Source: a virus
Taxonomy: Duplodnaviria; Caudoviricetes
Reading direction: 5' to 3' (one strand)
Virus record (IMG/VR): IMGVR_UViG_3300050507_000132
Span: 1-64,000 of that record
DNA length: 64,000 nucleotides
In this document: in pieces, positions 10,535 through 19,348 of the stretch
Position numbering within the stretch: the first letter of the stretch is position 1
Layout: the number at the start of each line of letters is the position of its first letter
Program-made: the position numbers and the translations under genes
Notes under the pieces: model-generated
What the model was told of the DNA's origin: nothing
Databases searched by the model: none
Seen by the model: only the letters and a program-made list of their open reading frames with translations

Positions 10535-11103
10535 ACCTGCTTCACCTCCATCGTGAAGCGGCCGTACTTGGGCCGCCAGTCGCCCAGCCCGATCTGATGC
10601 CCGGCGATTCCGGCGATCTGCCGCAGCTCCTCCAGGTTCAGGAGAGCGGTGTCGAGAGACCCGTCAGCCTCTGTGCTCCAGGTGCGGAAGAACGGGCGGC
10701 ACCGGATGACCCGCTGAGTGCCGACCTTGACGGAAGCGAAGTGCCGGAAGTTCTCGTCCTCCCAGAGCCCAGCCGCTTCCCGGGGTCCGGGGTACTGGAG
10801 CGGGTTCACCAGCGTGCTGATCAGAAGGCCCTCCTTGATGCCGGGGCCCCGCTTGATCTTCTTGGCTGCGTCGTACAGGCAGCGCCACAGGTTGTCCGCC
10901 GGGAGGTACGGACCGATCACGTCGTCGTGGTACAGGCCCCCGAGGAACTCCGCACGGGCGACCGCCTCGTGATCCTCATCGGTCTTGGTGCGCTTGCCGG
11001 TCAGTTTCTTCAGCTCCCGTGTCATGGGATCGAGCGGGTTGGAGAGCCGGGAGTTGTGCATCAGCAGGCCCTCCGTCCCCGTCAGCGTGATCCTGAAATC
11101 CAT
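10531..11103 (-). CDS. RAMP/Cas7-like protein (Vipr-like candidate), 190 aa
   Basis: ATG 11103 with AAGGAG SD; N-terminal strand ITLTGTEGLLMH; GPYLPADNLWRCLYDAAK; C-terminal Gly-rich loop IGLGDWRPKYGRF, as in RAMP-fold proteins. Confidence 0.65.
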   Translation of the reverse strand: MDFRITLTGTEGLLMHNSRLSNPLDPMTRELKKLTGKRTKTDEDHEAVARAEFLGGLYHDDVIGPYLPADNLWRCLYDAAKKIKRGPGIKEGLLISTLVNPLQYPGPREAAGLWEDENFRHFASVKVGTQRVIRCRPFFRTWSTEADGSLDTALLNLEELRQIAGIAGHQIGLGDWRPKYGRFTMEVKQV

Positions 11104-11114
11104 GGTCGTCTTCT

Positions 11115-11480
11115 CCTTGATCCCTCGCCTTGCCGCGCCTTGCCGCGCCCTGCCATGCCGCGCCCCGCCCTGCGTAGGTGCCGGAGACTCGAACCCCGGT
11201 GTATGCCCTCCACCCGCCTTGATCCCTTGCCTCGCCCCGCCCTGCCCTGCCATGCCTCGCCCCGCCCTGCGTAGGTGCCGGGGACTTGAACCCCGGTGTA
11301 TGCCGTTCACCCGCCTTGATCCCCTGCCTCGCCGGGCCACGCCTTGCCAAGCCACGCCGCGCCTCGCCTCGCCTCGCATGGGTGCCGGGGACCCGAACCC
11401 CGGTGTATGCCGTCCACCCGCCTTGATCCCCTGCCTTGCCCCGCCCCGCCTTGCCTCGCCCGGCCAGGCCAAGCCTCGCA
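11115..11480 (-). ncRNA. Array of four (GGC-NN)9-11 tracts separated by 52-nt constant structured spacers
   Basis: Minus-strand tracts at 11480-11431, 11378-11324, 11271-11227, 11174-11125; near-identical spacers at 11430-11379, 11323-11272, 11226-11175. Confidence 0.85.
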
Positions 11481-11508
11481 CGCTAGACCATACCCGGCAT
11501 GGGCTAGA

Positions 11509-14500
11509 TCAATCCTTGGAGTAGCACTGGGCCCAGTTGTGTCCCGGCTTGGACGCGCCGGTCGTGATCGGCACGCTCGTCAGCCGTCCACCGGTCACCT
11601 CCGCCAGGTCCATCGTCAGGGCGGCCGTCACGGTGGCGATGGCCTCCTCCACACGGTCCTCAGGCACGTTCAGGATCACCTCGTCGTGCACCACGCCCCG
11701 CAGCCACCTGACGTACTCGTCCGGCAGCCTGAGCAGCCCCTCGCACATAATGTCCCGGGCCGTGCCCTGACCCATCAGGGCCGGAGCCTGCGTGTACGCC
11801 CGGCGGGGATCGCACCGCATCAGGGCGCCGAAACCGTTGTCCAGCAACTGTCCGTCCTCCGCCCGGGAACGGACGTCGCTGCGCCATCCGCACAGCACGG
11901 GGTAGCCCTCGTTCATACCGGCGTCGAACCGTTCGGCCAGCTCCCGCTCGACGCCGGAGTTGACCAGACCGTTCACGCTCAGGCCGTAGTTCCAGCCGTG
12001 ACCCGAGGCCTTGGCCCGCTCGCGCCACTCGCCGTCATGACGGCCGAACACCATGTCGGCGATCATCGAGTGGGGGTCCTCGCCACGCACGAACATGCCC
12101 ACGTACGCCGGGTCGGCGCAGTGTCCGGCGAAGGCACGCATGTCGACCTGATCGAAGTCGAACGCGAGCAGTACGCAGCCGTCATCGGCGATCATGGGGG
12201 CACGCTGGGCGACCTTGCCGCCCCGCTTGCCCATGTTGGTCACGCTGGGTTTGATCATCGCCCAGCGGCGGCTCCCCTGCGTCTCGCCGACGTGCGCGTG
12301 CACCCGGTCGCCGATCAGGTGATCGTTGATCTCCGCGTACTTCTGCACGGCGGTGGTCACCAGAACGATGTGTTCGGCCAGCTCCCCAATCGCGTCCCAG
12401 TCGGCGTCGGGGGTGTGCTCCCGGCGTGCCGGGTTCAGCAGCCCCGGCAGGGACCGCCCGGCGGCCCCCTTGCCGACCATGTAGCTTCCCGGGCCCATGG
12501 CGTCCTTGTTCAGGGCCAGCACCCCCGACGCCGTACGCAGGGTGTAGGGCAGCCCCCGCTCGGCAAAGGCACGCTCCAGGGCCTCCTTGCCCGCCGCGCT
12601 GCCCAGGGGGCTCTTACGGACCTCCTCGTAATACTCCTTGGCCTTGCCCCGGCCACGGCTCTTCGTCTCCGTCAGAGGAACGCCTGCGTTGTCGTGCAGC
12701 CAGGCGAGGGACTCGGCCACCTTCTCCTTCTCCTCAGCCACGAGACGGGTCAGCAGGGGGACGTCCACCTTCCAGCCGGACAGGGTCATCCGGTTCTGGA
12801 TGTACGCGACGCGCTGTTCCCGGCGCCGGTAGTCCATCTGGTCCTGGGTGGCGGTCAGCCGCCGGTGCACACCGGCCTGCGCGCTCAGGTCGCCGGACAG
12901 GTACGAGCGGTACCGCTCGTCGGTCACGGGGATGCGCCCGTAGCCGTCCTCTTCGGCCGCCTTGCCGATTAGTCCCGGCGAGGCATGCTCACGTGCCAGC
13001 TCGGGCAGCTTGTCCGTCTTGCCCTCCAGCCCCAGCCGTCCGGCCAGTTGGTCGAGCCCGTAGTACCCCTCCGTCGCCCAGGGCTTCTGCCCCTTGCTGC
13101 CCGGGGGATCGATCACGGTCGCGTCCACGTACGTGTCCCAGCACTTGCGCGCAAGGGCGTCGTAGTCGGCGCCGTGGTGCCACGCAAGGGCCATCAGGTC
13201 GAACCGGAAGCCGTTGTGCGCGGTGAACGCCTCCGCCCGGTTCAGAGCATTGATCAGCTCCTGCGGATCGGTAGTGATGATCTCCTCTCCGGTCTCGTCG
13301 CGCAGTCCGCCGAGCCGGGCGTACGGGGCCTCCGGCCGACTACGGAACGTAAACAGTTGCTTGGCGCTCGGAGTCTCAATGTCGAACGCCACGACGCCCT
13401 GGAGGGCGGGGGCCTCCAACGCCGGGCACGGCGCCTCGGGGGCGGCTGCGGACGGCCCGGCGAACGGATCCTCAGGGTACGAAATGTCCGTTTCTGAAGA
13501 TCCTTCTTTCGGTGTACAACTGTTCTCCATTACACGTATTACACGTGCGCCATTAAGCCCTATGCGAGGGGCAGAATTTCCGTCATTGCCAGACGTGTAA
13601 TACGTGTAATCGATCTTGTCTGGACCCCCTCTGAACGGGTCATTGTCTGTTTCGCCCGAAAGGCCTGTTCCGCCCGTTTCGCCCTTCCAGGCCACTCCGA
13701 GCCACGCGCGTACCGTGCCCTTTTTCGGCCCTGTGCCCGTCGGCGTCGACAGCCGCTTCGGATTGAACACCGGCCGGTACTCCACCGAGTGCCGTGAGCA
13801 CCAGTCGTGACCGCCGAACCGGGCCAGGAACGTCTTGTCCCCCCACTCCCTCGCACCCTTCTCCTTGACCCAGGTGTTGAACACGCTCCGTAGTTCCGAA
13901 CCGGCGATGCAGGCGTCCAGGTCGGCTGTCAGGTGCTCGTCGATGAACGCCAGAATCAGGTCGCTCTCCTTGCGCCACGCGAGGGTGTCCGCCTCCACCC
14001 GCTCGGGGATCGGCGGCATGATCTTCTCCATCTCGTACCAGCGCCGTGCCCCGGCCGCCATCCACGCCAGGGCCGCTTCGAGCGCCTGCGGACTCTGCTT
14101 GATGCGCTCGCGCAGCGTGGGGTCGCCGAGGCGGTCACTGTCGCCCTGGACGGCCTCCCCCGGCTTGCGGAAGGTGTACGGCCAGCGCAGCAGGGCCAGG
14201 CGCCTCCAGGTGCCGTGGTCCGTCTCGTCGACGATCGGCTTGTAGTTCGTGTTGATGAACAGGGAGTGCGACGCCTCGAAGGTCACCGGATCCTGCCGGA
14301 TGCGGCGGCCGGTGATCTCCGACGTCCCCGCGAGTTTCTTCACGCGGTTGGTATCCAGGCGCCGGGCCTCGGGCGTTTCTTCGAGCACCGCGTACCGCGC
14401 CCCCATGAAGTCCATGATCTCCGTGGGGTGGTTGTCGCTCGCCGAACCGAGGATCACCCGGTCGCTCACCAGCACGTAGTAACCGCTCCGGCGGCCGGTC

Positions 14501-15897
14501 ACGATAGCCAGGGCATCGGAGATCGTCGACTTGCCGTTGGCGCCTCCGCCCTGACAGATCACGATCAGATCGTCCGGCGTCATATGGCCCGTCAGCGCCT
14601 GTCCGGCCCGGAGCTGGAACCAGTCGACGACGTCCGGCGGAAGGGCCGTCAGCGCCTTGTCCCAGTCCTCGTGACGGGCATCCTTGACGAACTCCGCCCC
14701 GGCCATCTTCGTCATCAGCGCGTCCGGATCGTGCGGCCTCACCACCCCCGTACGCAGATCGACGATGCCGTTGGGGCAGTTGAGCAGATCCGCATCCGCA
14801 TCGAAGTCGCCCGCCGAGCACTCCAGCACACCCCGGCTGAGCCGTACGAGATTGCCCAGCTTGCTCGCACTCAGCACGGAGCGCCATCCGTCGATCTGTG
14901 AACGCAGGTCGCGGTTGGCGTCCCGGCGCTGCTCCTCCAGAACGGCGTTGAACTGCTCCAGGGCCCACAGCCTCACCGCCTCGGTGATCGCCGCGTCGCT
15001 CGCCTCCTCCCAGACCTTGCCGGTCCATTGCATCCATCCCAGTCCCCGGGCCCACCGGTAGCGGCCGTCGAGTTCCTCGGAACAGACCGTGTCCGTCAGC
15101 ACCGCATCGCTGAAGGCAGCGTCCCGGGCGCCGTCCGTGGGCAACTGGGCGGCGCAGGCGTCCCGCAGGCCCTCCATCGTGCCGCCTGCGCGCAGGTAGT
15201 CGTCCACGCCCTTCACCGGCACGCTGGAGCCGTCCTCGCGCTCCACGCTCGCCGGAACGATCAGGTACAGCACGCGGGCGCCCTTGCTCTCCAGCCACTT
15301 GCCGAAGCGCTGCATCGCCAGCAGTACGTTGCGCTTTTCCCGCGCGTCGGAATCGAAGCAGACGACGACGCTCCGGCCCGCGAGGGGGATGTCCTCCCAG
15401 TCGCCCAGGGTCCCGTGCTTGCTGCGCCAGTTGAACACTCCGGTCAGCGTGATGACCGGCTTGCCGAAGCTGGCCAGGCAGTCCGCCTTCTTGATGCCCT
15501 CCGTCACCCACAGGGGCGACGTCGGATCCCGCACCATGTCCGCCACCGACGGCGGCACGTCCAGGTGATTCGGCACGCCGGACTGGGAGGCGTACTTCTG
15601 GCGCTTGCCGCCCGGAGCCTCCTGCGGGATCGCAGGCTTGAACTGAACCCCGATCTCCTCGCCGGTCACCCGGTACATCGGCAGCAGCAGCGCCGGGAAC
15701 GCCATCGCGTCCCGCCAGGCCCATCGCGGCACCCGTAGCGCTTTGAGCCGGGCGCGGGTCTCCTCGGTGTCGTGCAGGGTCTCGTAGCGCCGGGCGTCGC
15801 GCACGGCGTCGCTGATGCAGCTCTCCTCCAGCTCACGCTGATGGCCGGGCATCAGGTCCGGGGGCGCAGCGGTCCCCGGTTCGTCCACAGTGGTCAC
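11509..15897 (-). CDS. Fused TOPRIM-type primase (DUF3854-like) / SF3 D5-like helicase / family A DNA polymerase with exonuclease-like domain
   Basis: WVTEGIKKAD (TOPRIM); CQGGGANGKST Walker A; FDIETP and AHNGFRFDL exo motifs; DFDQVDMR, RERAKASGHGWNYG, VHDE PolA motifs A/B/C. Confidence 0.88.
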   Translation of the reverse strand: MTTVDEPGTAAPPDLMPGHQRELEESCISDAVRDARRYETLHDTEETRARLKALRVPRWAWRDAMAFPALLLPMYRVTGEEIGVQFKPAIPQEAPGGKRQKYASQSGVPNHLDVPPSVADMVRDPTSPLWVTEGIKKADCLASFGKPVITLTGVFNWRSKHGTLGDWEDIPLAGRSVVVCFDSDAREKRNVLLAMQRFGKWLESKGARVLYLIVPASVEREDGSSVPVKGVDDYLRAGGTMEGLRDACAAQLPTDGARDAAFSDAVLTDTVCSEELDGRYRWARGLGWMQWTGKVWEEASDAAITEAVRLWALEQFNAVLEEQRRDANRDLRSQIDGWRSVLSASKLGNLVRLSRGVLECSAGDFDADADLLNCPNGIVDLRTGVVRPHDPDALMTKMAGAEFVKDARHEDWDKALTALPPDVVDWFQLRAGQALTGHMTPDDLIVICQGGGANGKSTISDALAIVTGRRSGYYVLVSDRVILGSASDNHPTEIMDFMGARYAVLEETPEARRLDTNRVKKLAGTSEITGRRIRQDPVTFEASHSLFINTNYKPIVDETDHGTWRRLALLRWPYTFRKPGEAVQGDSDRLGDPTLRERIKQSPQALEAALAWMAAGARRWYEMEKIMPPIPERVEADTLAWRKESDLILAFIDEHLTADLDACIAGSELRSVFNTWVKEKGAREWGDKTFLARFGGHDWCSRHSVEYRPVFNPKRLSTPTGTGPKKGTVRAWLGVAWKGETGGTGLSGETDNDPFRGGPDKIDYTYYTSGNDGNSAPRIGLNGARVIRVMENSCTPKEGSSETDISYPEDPFAGPSAAAPEAPCPALEAPALQGVVAFDIETPSAKQLFTFRSRPEAPYARLGGLRDETGEEIITTDPQELINALNRAEAFTAHNGFRFDLMALAWHHGADYDALARKCWDTYVDATVIDPPGSKGQKPWATEGYYGLDQLAGRLGLEGKTDKLPELAREHASPGLIGKAAEEDGYGRIPVTDERYRSYLSGDLSAQAGVHRRLTATQDQMDYRRREQRVAYIQNRMTLSGWKVDVPLLTRLVAEEKEKVAESLAWLHDNAGVPLTETKSRGRGKAKEYYEEVRKSPLGSAAGKEALERAFAERGLPYTLRTASGVLALNKDAMGPGSYMVGKGAAGRSLPGLLNPARREHTPDADWDAIGELAEHIVLVTTAVQKYAEINDHLIGDRVHAHVGETQGSRRWAMIKPSVTNMGKRGGKVAQRAPMIADDGCVLLAFDFDQVDMRAFAGHCADPAYVGMFVRGEDPHSMIADMVFGRHDGEWRERAKASGHGWNYGLSVNGLVNSGVERELAERFDAGMNEGYPVLCGWRSDVRSRAEDGQLLDNGFGALMRCDPRRAYTQAPALMGQGTARDIMCEGLLRLPDEYVRWLRGVVHDEVILNVPEDRVEEAIATVTAALTMDLAEVTGGRLTSVPITTGASKPGHNWAQCYSKD

Positions 15898-15953
15898 GGT
15901 TCGGTGCTCCTTGGTCTAGTCGTGCAGTCCGGCCTGGTGTCCGCCCGGATCGG

Positions 15954-16436
15954 TCATCGCAGCCCCCTCTTCCGCCTCGGTCGGCGTCCCGCCGGATCCG
16001 TGCCGTCGAACCGTGCCGAACTCGCCGCGTCCCAGGCCGCCGCGTACTCGGGCGCCTGCCACAACCGGTGCACGTCGGCCACCGTCCCGTCCGGCATCCA
16101 CACCCGTGCGTTGTGCGCTGCTGCGCAGTCGTCGCCCCGCCGGTGCATGCCCCTGACGGTGAAGAGCATGAGACCACTACTTCGCGCCAGCTCCAACCAG
16201 CGCGGGTCGTCCACCGTGTCGACCGGAGGCTTCACCTCGAGCCAGACCTGGACTCCGTTCGGACCCGTCACGCGGAAGTCGCACAGGTAGCCGCCCGTGG
16301 ACGTGTGCACGCCCTCCGGCTCGTACTCCCAGCCGAACCCCGCCTCGGTCAGAAAAGTTGCCCAGCGGGCCTCAAGCCTTGAGCGGAACCGGCAGCCGTA
16401 GGCGCGCGTCTCGATGGCGGGGATGCGGCCGGTCAC
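15954..16436 (-). CDS. PD-(D/E)XK-like nuclease
   Basis: FRSRLEARWA..WEYEPEG...YLCDFRV...WLEVKP. Confidence 0.65.
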   Translation of the reverse strand: MTGRIPAIETRAYGCRFRSRLEARWATFLTEAGFGWEYEPEGVHTSTGGYLCDFRVTGPNGVQVWLEVKPPVDTVDDPRWLELARSSGLMLFTVRGMHRRGDDCAAAHNARVWMPDGTVADVHRLWQAPEYAAAWDAASSARFDGTDPAGRRPRRKRGLR

Positions 16437-16612
16437 GTGCGGGCCTCCTGCTCGAACTGCCAGTCCGCCCGGCGCCGGTTCATGACGTCGACCCGACGGG
16501 AGTGTCCGTGCCCCAGGAGCAGGCCGCTGCCTGTACGGGTGACACATGGTTCGCCTCGCTGTGCCTTGCAGGTCGGGCATGCTCGGTCCGTCAGTTCCGG
16601 GCGGCCGGTCAT
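16433..16612 (-). CDS. Small Zn-finger protein
   Basis: CPTC..C..H motif; ATGA/GTGA coupling on both sides. Confidence 0.55.
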   Translation of the reverse strand: MTGRPELTDRACPTCKAQRGEPCVTRTGSGLLLGHGHSRRVDVMNRRRADWQFEQEART

Positions 16613-16905
16613 GGGCGGGCCGCCCACGCCTGGCCCCAGGTCACTGTGCAGCCCGGGAACGCGATGCAGGTGTCCTCGTCCCGGGCGGGCAGCGTGAACT
16701 GGTGATTGTGGTTGTCCGTCGTCCCCCGCAGCACGGTTTCCGACCAGATGATCTGAGGTGCGTCGTCCCGGTCGAACAGGGCGTCGTCGAACCAGGTCCG
16801 AATCTGTCCGGCCATCTCCTGGTCGTCGTAGTACGGCTCGCCGCGCCCGGCTTCGTCGGGCCGGTTGTTCGTCCGGACAGTGAGCCGGACGTGGTACTCC
16901 CTCAT
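16609..16905 (-). CDS. Hypothetical protein
   Basis: Coupled ORF in the operon. Confidence 0.55.
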   Translation of the reverse strand: MREYHVRLTVRTNNRPDEAGRGEPYYDDQEMAGQIRTWFDDALFDRDDAPQIIWSETVLRGTTDNHNHQFTLPARDEDTCIAFPGCTVTWGQAWAARP

Positions 16906-17096
16906 GCCTGCGCTCCGGTCTTCTGCGGAGTGACCAGTCCCTCTACTTCGGCTTCGTCCAGTCGGACACGGTGAGAACGCTCGGTCTGGATCGTGTAGCG
17001 GGTCAGCCGTCCGTCGCGCAGCATCGCGCGGACCGTACGGTCGTGCACGCGCAGCCGGGCCGCAGCTTCCCGGACCGTGAGATAACGCAGGGGCAT
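16902..17096 (-). CDS. Excisionase/MerR-like HTH DNA-binding protein
   Basis: YLTVREAAARLRVHDRTVRAMLRDGRL; AAGGAGG SD. Confidence 0.8.
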   Translation of the reverse strand: MPLRYLTVREAAARLRVHDRTVRAMLRDGRLTRYTIQTERSHRVRLDEAEVEGLVTPQKTGAQA

Positions 17097-17206
17097 CGCT
17101 TCCTCCTTGTCAAGGGACGTACAAACGCTCATACCCCGATGTGTGTAGTTGTACGCCCGAGGGTACACTCCACCCCAGGACCACCGGACCACGGAAGGAG
17201 AGCTCT

Positions 17207-17410
17207 ATGGCCTCGACCCTGGAACGCATGCTCAAGATCTTCAATGCGGTGCTGCGTGCGGAGCTGACCGGCAGCGAGGAGGACGTCCGGGCCGCGCTCG
17301 ATGTACTCGACGAGTCCGAGGCGTCGCGCCTGCACAATGCCCTGTACAACATCAGCGAGCTGGCCGAGGCTCAGCGCAAGCGGCTGCACCGGGTGCGGGG
17401 GCTGTCATGA
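17207..17410 (+). CDS. Hypothetical protein, first gene of the divergent operon
   Basis: GGAAGGAG SD. Confidence 0.55.
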   Translation: MASTLERMLKIFNAVLRAELTGSEEDVRAALDVLDESEASRLHNALYNISELAEAQRKRLHRVRGLS

Positions 17411-17619
17411 GTGACCTCGTCCGTACGACGATCAACCTCAAACCCAGGGCGGCCGTCGCTCTGGAGCACACGCAGGCCCGCATGCAGGAGAACACCACCG
17501 ATGCTGTGAACTCGGCGGTCGTGCTGCGGGACTGGCTGACCGAGCAGATGGCCGAAGGCGCGGTGCTCATGATCCGCAACCCGGCCGACGGCGAGGAGAT
17601 CAGGGTGGTGATCCTGTGA
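17407..17619 (+). CDS. Ribbon-helix-helix-like protein
   Basis: VRTTINL..RA...L....QENTTDAVNSAV pattern; ATGA overlap. Confidence 0.55.
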   Translation: MSDLVRTTINLKPRAAVALEHTQARMQENTTDAVNSAVVLRDWLTEQMAEGAVLMIRNPADGEEIRVVIL

Positions 17620-17948
17620 GCGCACGCGCATGCCCCGTCAGCACGTCCTGCGGAGCCATCGAGGGCTGGGAGCAGTTCCTGTCCCACATCTACGTCCACC
17701 ACACCGAAGGATCCGCCGACGCACGCATGATGGCCGTGCAGCGGATCCTGGCCGAGGGGCCGGGCGCGCGCGAGCAGATGATCGTCCCCAAGGTCACCGC
17801 CAACACCCTCACCCATGCGCTGTGGGCTCTCGCGCACGACGACCGTGCACGGGCCCGGGAGCTGGTAGGGACCATGGGTACATCCGAGCGCCGGGCCTAC
17901 CTCGCCCTGCTGACCGAGCTGATCAACATGCTGTGGAGCGAATCATGA
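17616..17948 (+). CDS. Hypothetical protein
   Basis: Coupled ORF chain. Confidence 0.5.
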   Translation: MSARACPVSTSCGAIEGWEQFLSHIYVHHTEGSADARMMAVQRILAEGPGAREQMIVPKVTANTLTHALWALAHDDRARARELVGTMGTSERRAYLALLTELINMLWSES

Positions 17949-18135
17949 CCGGAGAGTGCAACGGCATCTGCCTGTCGGCCGCCGACATAGGCGTACCCGA
18001 AGCGGGCGACGTAATCGCCTACGCGCACCCCGACTGCCCGGAGCACGGCGATCCGCTGGAGAACGATCCGGCCGCCGACGTGTGCTCGGGTGGCGACGAG
18101 TCGCTCCGCTATGTACGTGAGGAGGACGTGACGTC

Positions 18136-18513
18136 ATGACCTCTCACGGTGCGGACACCACACGGCACGCCGGAGACGAACTGGACTGTCCGGCGTGCCG
18201 AGTGGACCTTCTGGAGGCGTTCAGGGAGCCGGTGTCCGCACCGTCCGCCCCTCACCTGCGAGGCTGGTTCACCCCGGCATCGTCGGTGCCCGAACCCGGC
18301 GTGCACGCCGTACGGACCACGGTGGACGTCACGCTGGCGATGACCTACGGCGCCTGGTCGGTCACGTGTTCGTGCGGCTGGAGCAAGTGTGGCATCGTCT
18401 CTCGCGGCGACGTCCCCCGTGATGCCTTCCAGGGACACCTCGACCGGACAGCCCGGCTGTGGGCTGCTCGTCACCTCGACAATCCCCTGATGAACGGAAC
18501 CGAAGACCAATGA
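18136..18513 (+). CDS. Hypothetical Cys/His-rich protein
   Basis: Coupled ORF; CPAC and CSCG motifs. Confidence 0.45.
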   Translation: MTSHGADTTRHAGDELDCPACRVDLLEAFREPVSAPSAPHLRGWFTPASSVPEPGVHAVRTTVDVTLAMTYGAWSVTCSCGWSKCGIVSRGDVPRDAFQGHLDRTARLWAARHLDNPLMNGTEDQ

Positions 18514-18698
18514 CCAGGTACCGCGTCAGCATCACTGCTCCGGGCATCCCGCTCGGACAGCGGCTGCGTCTGTGGGTGATCGCTCTGCGGCTCATCTGGT
18601 TCGACATGCACGCGACCCCCGCGCAGCGTGAAGCCATGTACCGCCGTCTGGAAGCAGGCGGCGCCCGAGTGATCCGAGGGAAGATCAATGACCAGTGA
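18510..18698 (+). CDS. Hypothetical protein
   Basis: ATGA overlap. Confidence 0.45.
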   Translation: MTRYRVSITAPGIPLGQRLRLWVIALRLIWFDMHATPAQREAMYRRLEAGGARVIRGKINDQ

Positions 18699-18933
18699 AG
18701 ACGCCGTATACGCCGACTGGCTGAACCTGCTCGGCAGCGACGAGATCACCGACCGCACGCCGGTCATCCTGACCGATCTGCACCGCATGCATGACGCGGC
18801 CGAGGCGAGTCACGACCCCATGTGCGTCTGCACGCACCCCCTCTCGTCCCACAACCTGAACCGGCTGTGCATCGCGCTGCCCGGAGTCATTGGTTGCGGC
18901 TGCCTGGGGTTCTTGGAGGCGAGCCATGGCTGA
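18688..18933 (+). CDS. Hypothetical protein with C-terminal Cys/His motif
   Basis: CVCTH....H...C....CGC. Confidence 0.5.
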   Translation: MTSEDAVYADWLNLLGSDEITDRTPVILTDLHRMHDAAEASHDPMCVCTHPLSSHNLNRLCIALPGVIGCGCLGFLEASHG

Positions 18934-19348
18934 CTGGCTGATCGAGTACGGCTCGTGGTGCCTGGCGCCGTTCGGACTGCTCGGCATGTACGTGGTCGGC
19001 CTCAAGAGGCGTTGGGGCTGGGTGCTGGGCATGGCCACCCAGTCCCTGTGGGCGTTCTACGCCGTAGGCACCGGCCAGTACGGCTTCCTGATCGGGACGG
19101 CCAGTTACTTCGCGGTCTACCTGCGTAACTGGCTGCGCTGGCGCACCCCGGCCGTCCCGTGCCCCTCACGCTCACGCACCGGCCGCCCGTGCGCCTACGA
19201 GCTAGGTCATACCACCCGGCACGGAGATCCGCATGCCGGAGCATCGGGTATCAACTGGGACGACTCCGAGTCCGGGATTGTCTGCCACGACGAAGAGACC
19301 TGTCCCTGCCCCAACTGCACCCGCATCCGAGAGGGGGCCGCCGCATGA
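18926..19348 (+). CDS. PnuC-like membrane protein
   Basis: Hydrophobic N-terminal half with KRRWGW...W..Y....GQYGF pattern. Confidence 0.5.
   Translation: MADWLIEYGSWCLAPFGLLGMYVVGLKRRWGWVLGMATQSLWAFYAVGTGQYGFLIGTASYFAVYLRNWLRWRTPAVPCPSRSRTGRPCAYELGHTTRHGDPHAGASGINWDDSESGIVCHDEETCPCPNCTRIREGAAA

Noticed and set aside
11115-11480. Classical CRISPR array
   Set aside because: The variable parts are periodic pentamers rather than unique spacers, and no cas1/cas2 is present.
11104-11481. 316-aa ORF (10531-11481) with an RGGARQG-repeat N-terminus
   Set aside because: The extension is just the GGC-NN array read as protein. A strong SD sits before ATG 11103, and stop-free runs are expected at this GC content.
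16902-17096. Excisionase as proof of integration
   Set aside because: This HTH class is common as a general regulator, and no integrase or att site was seen.
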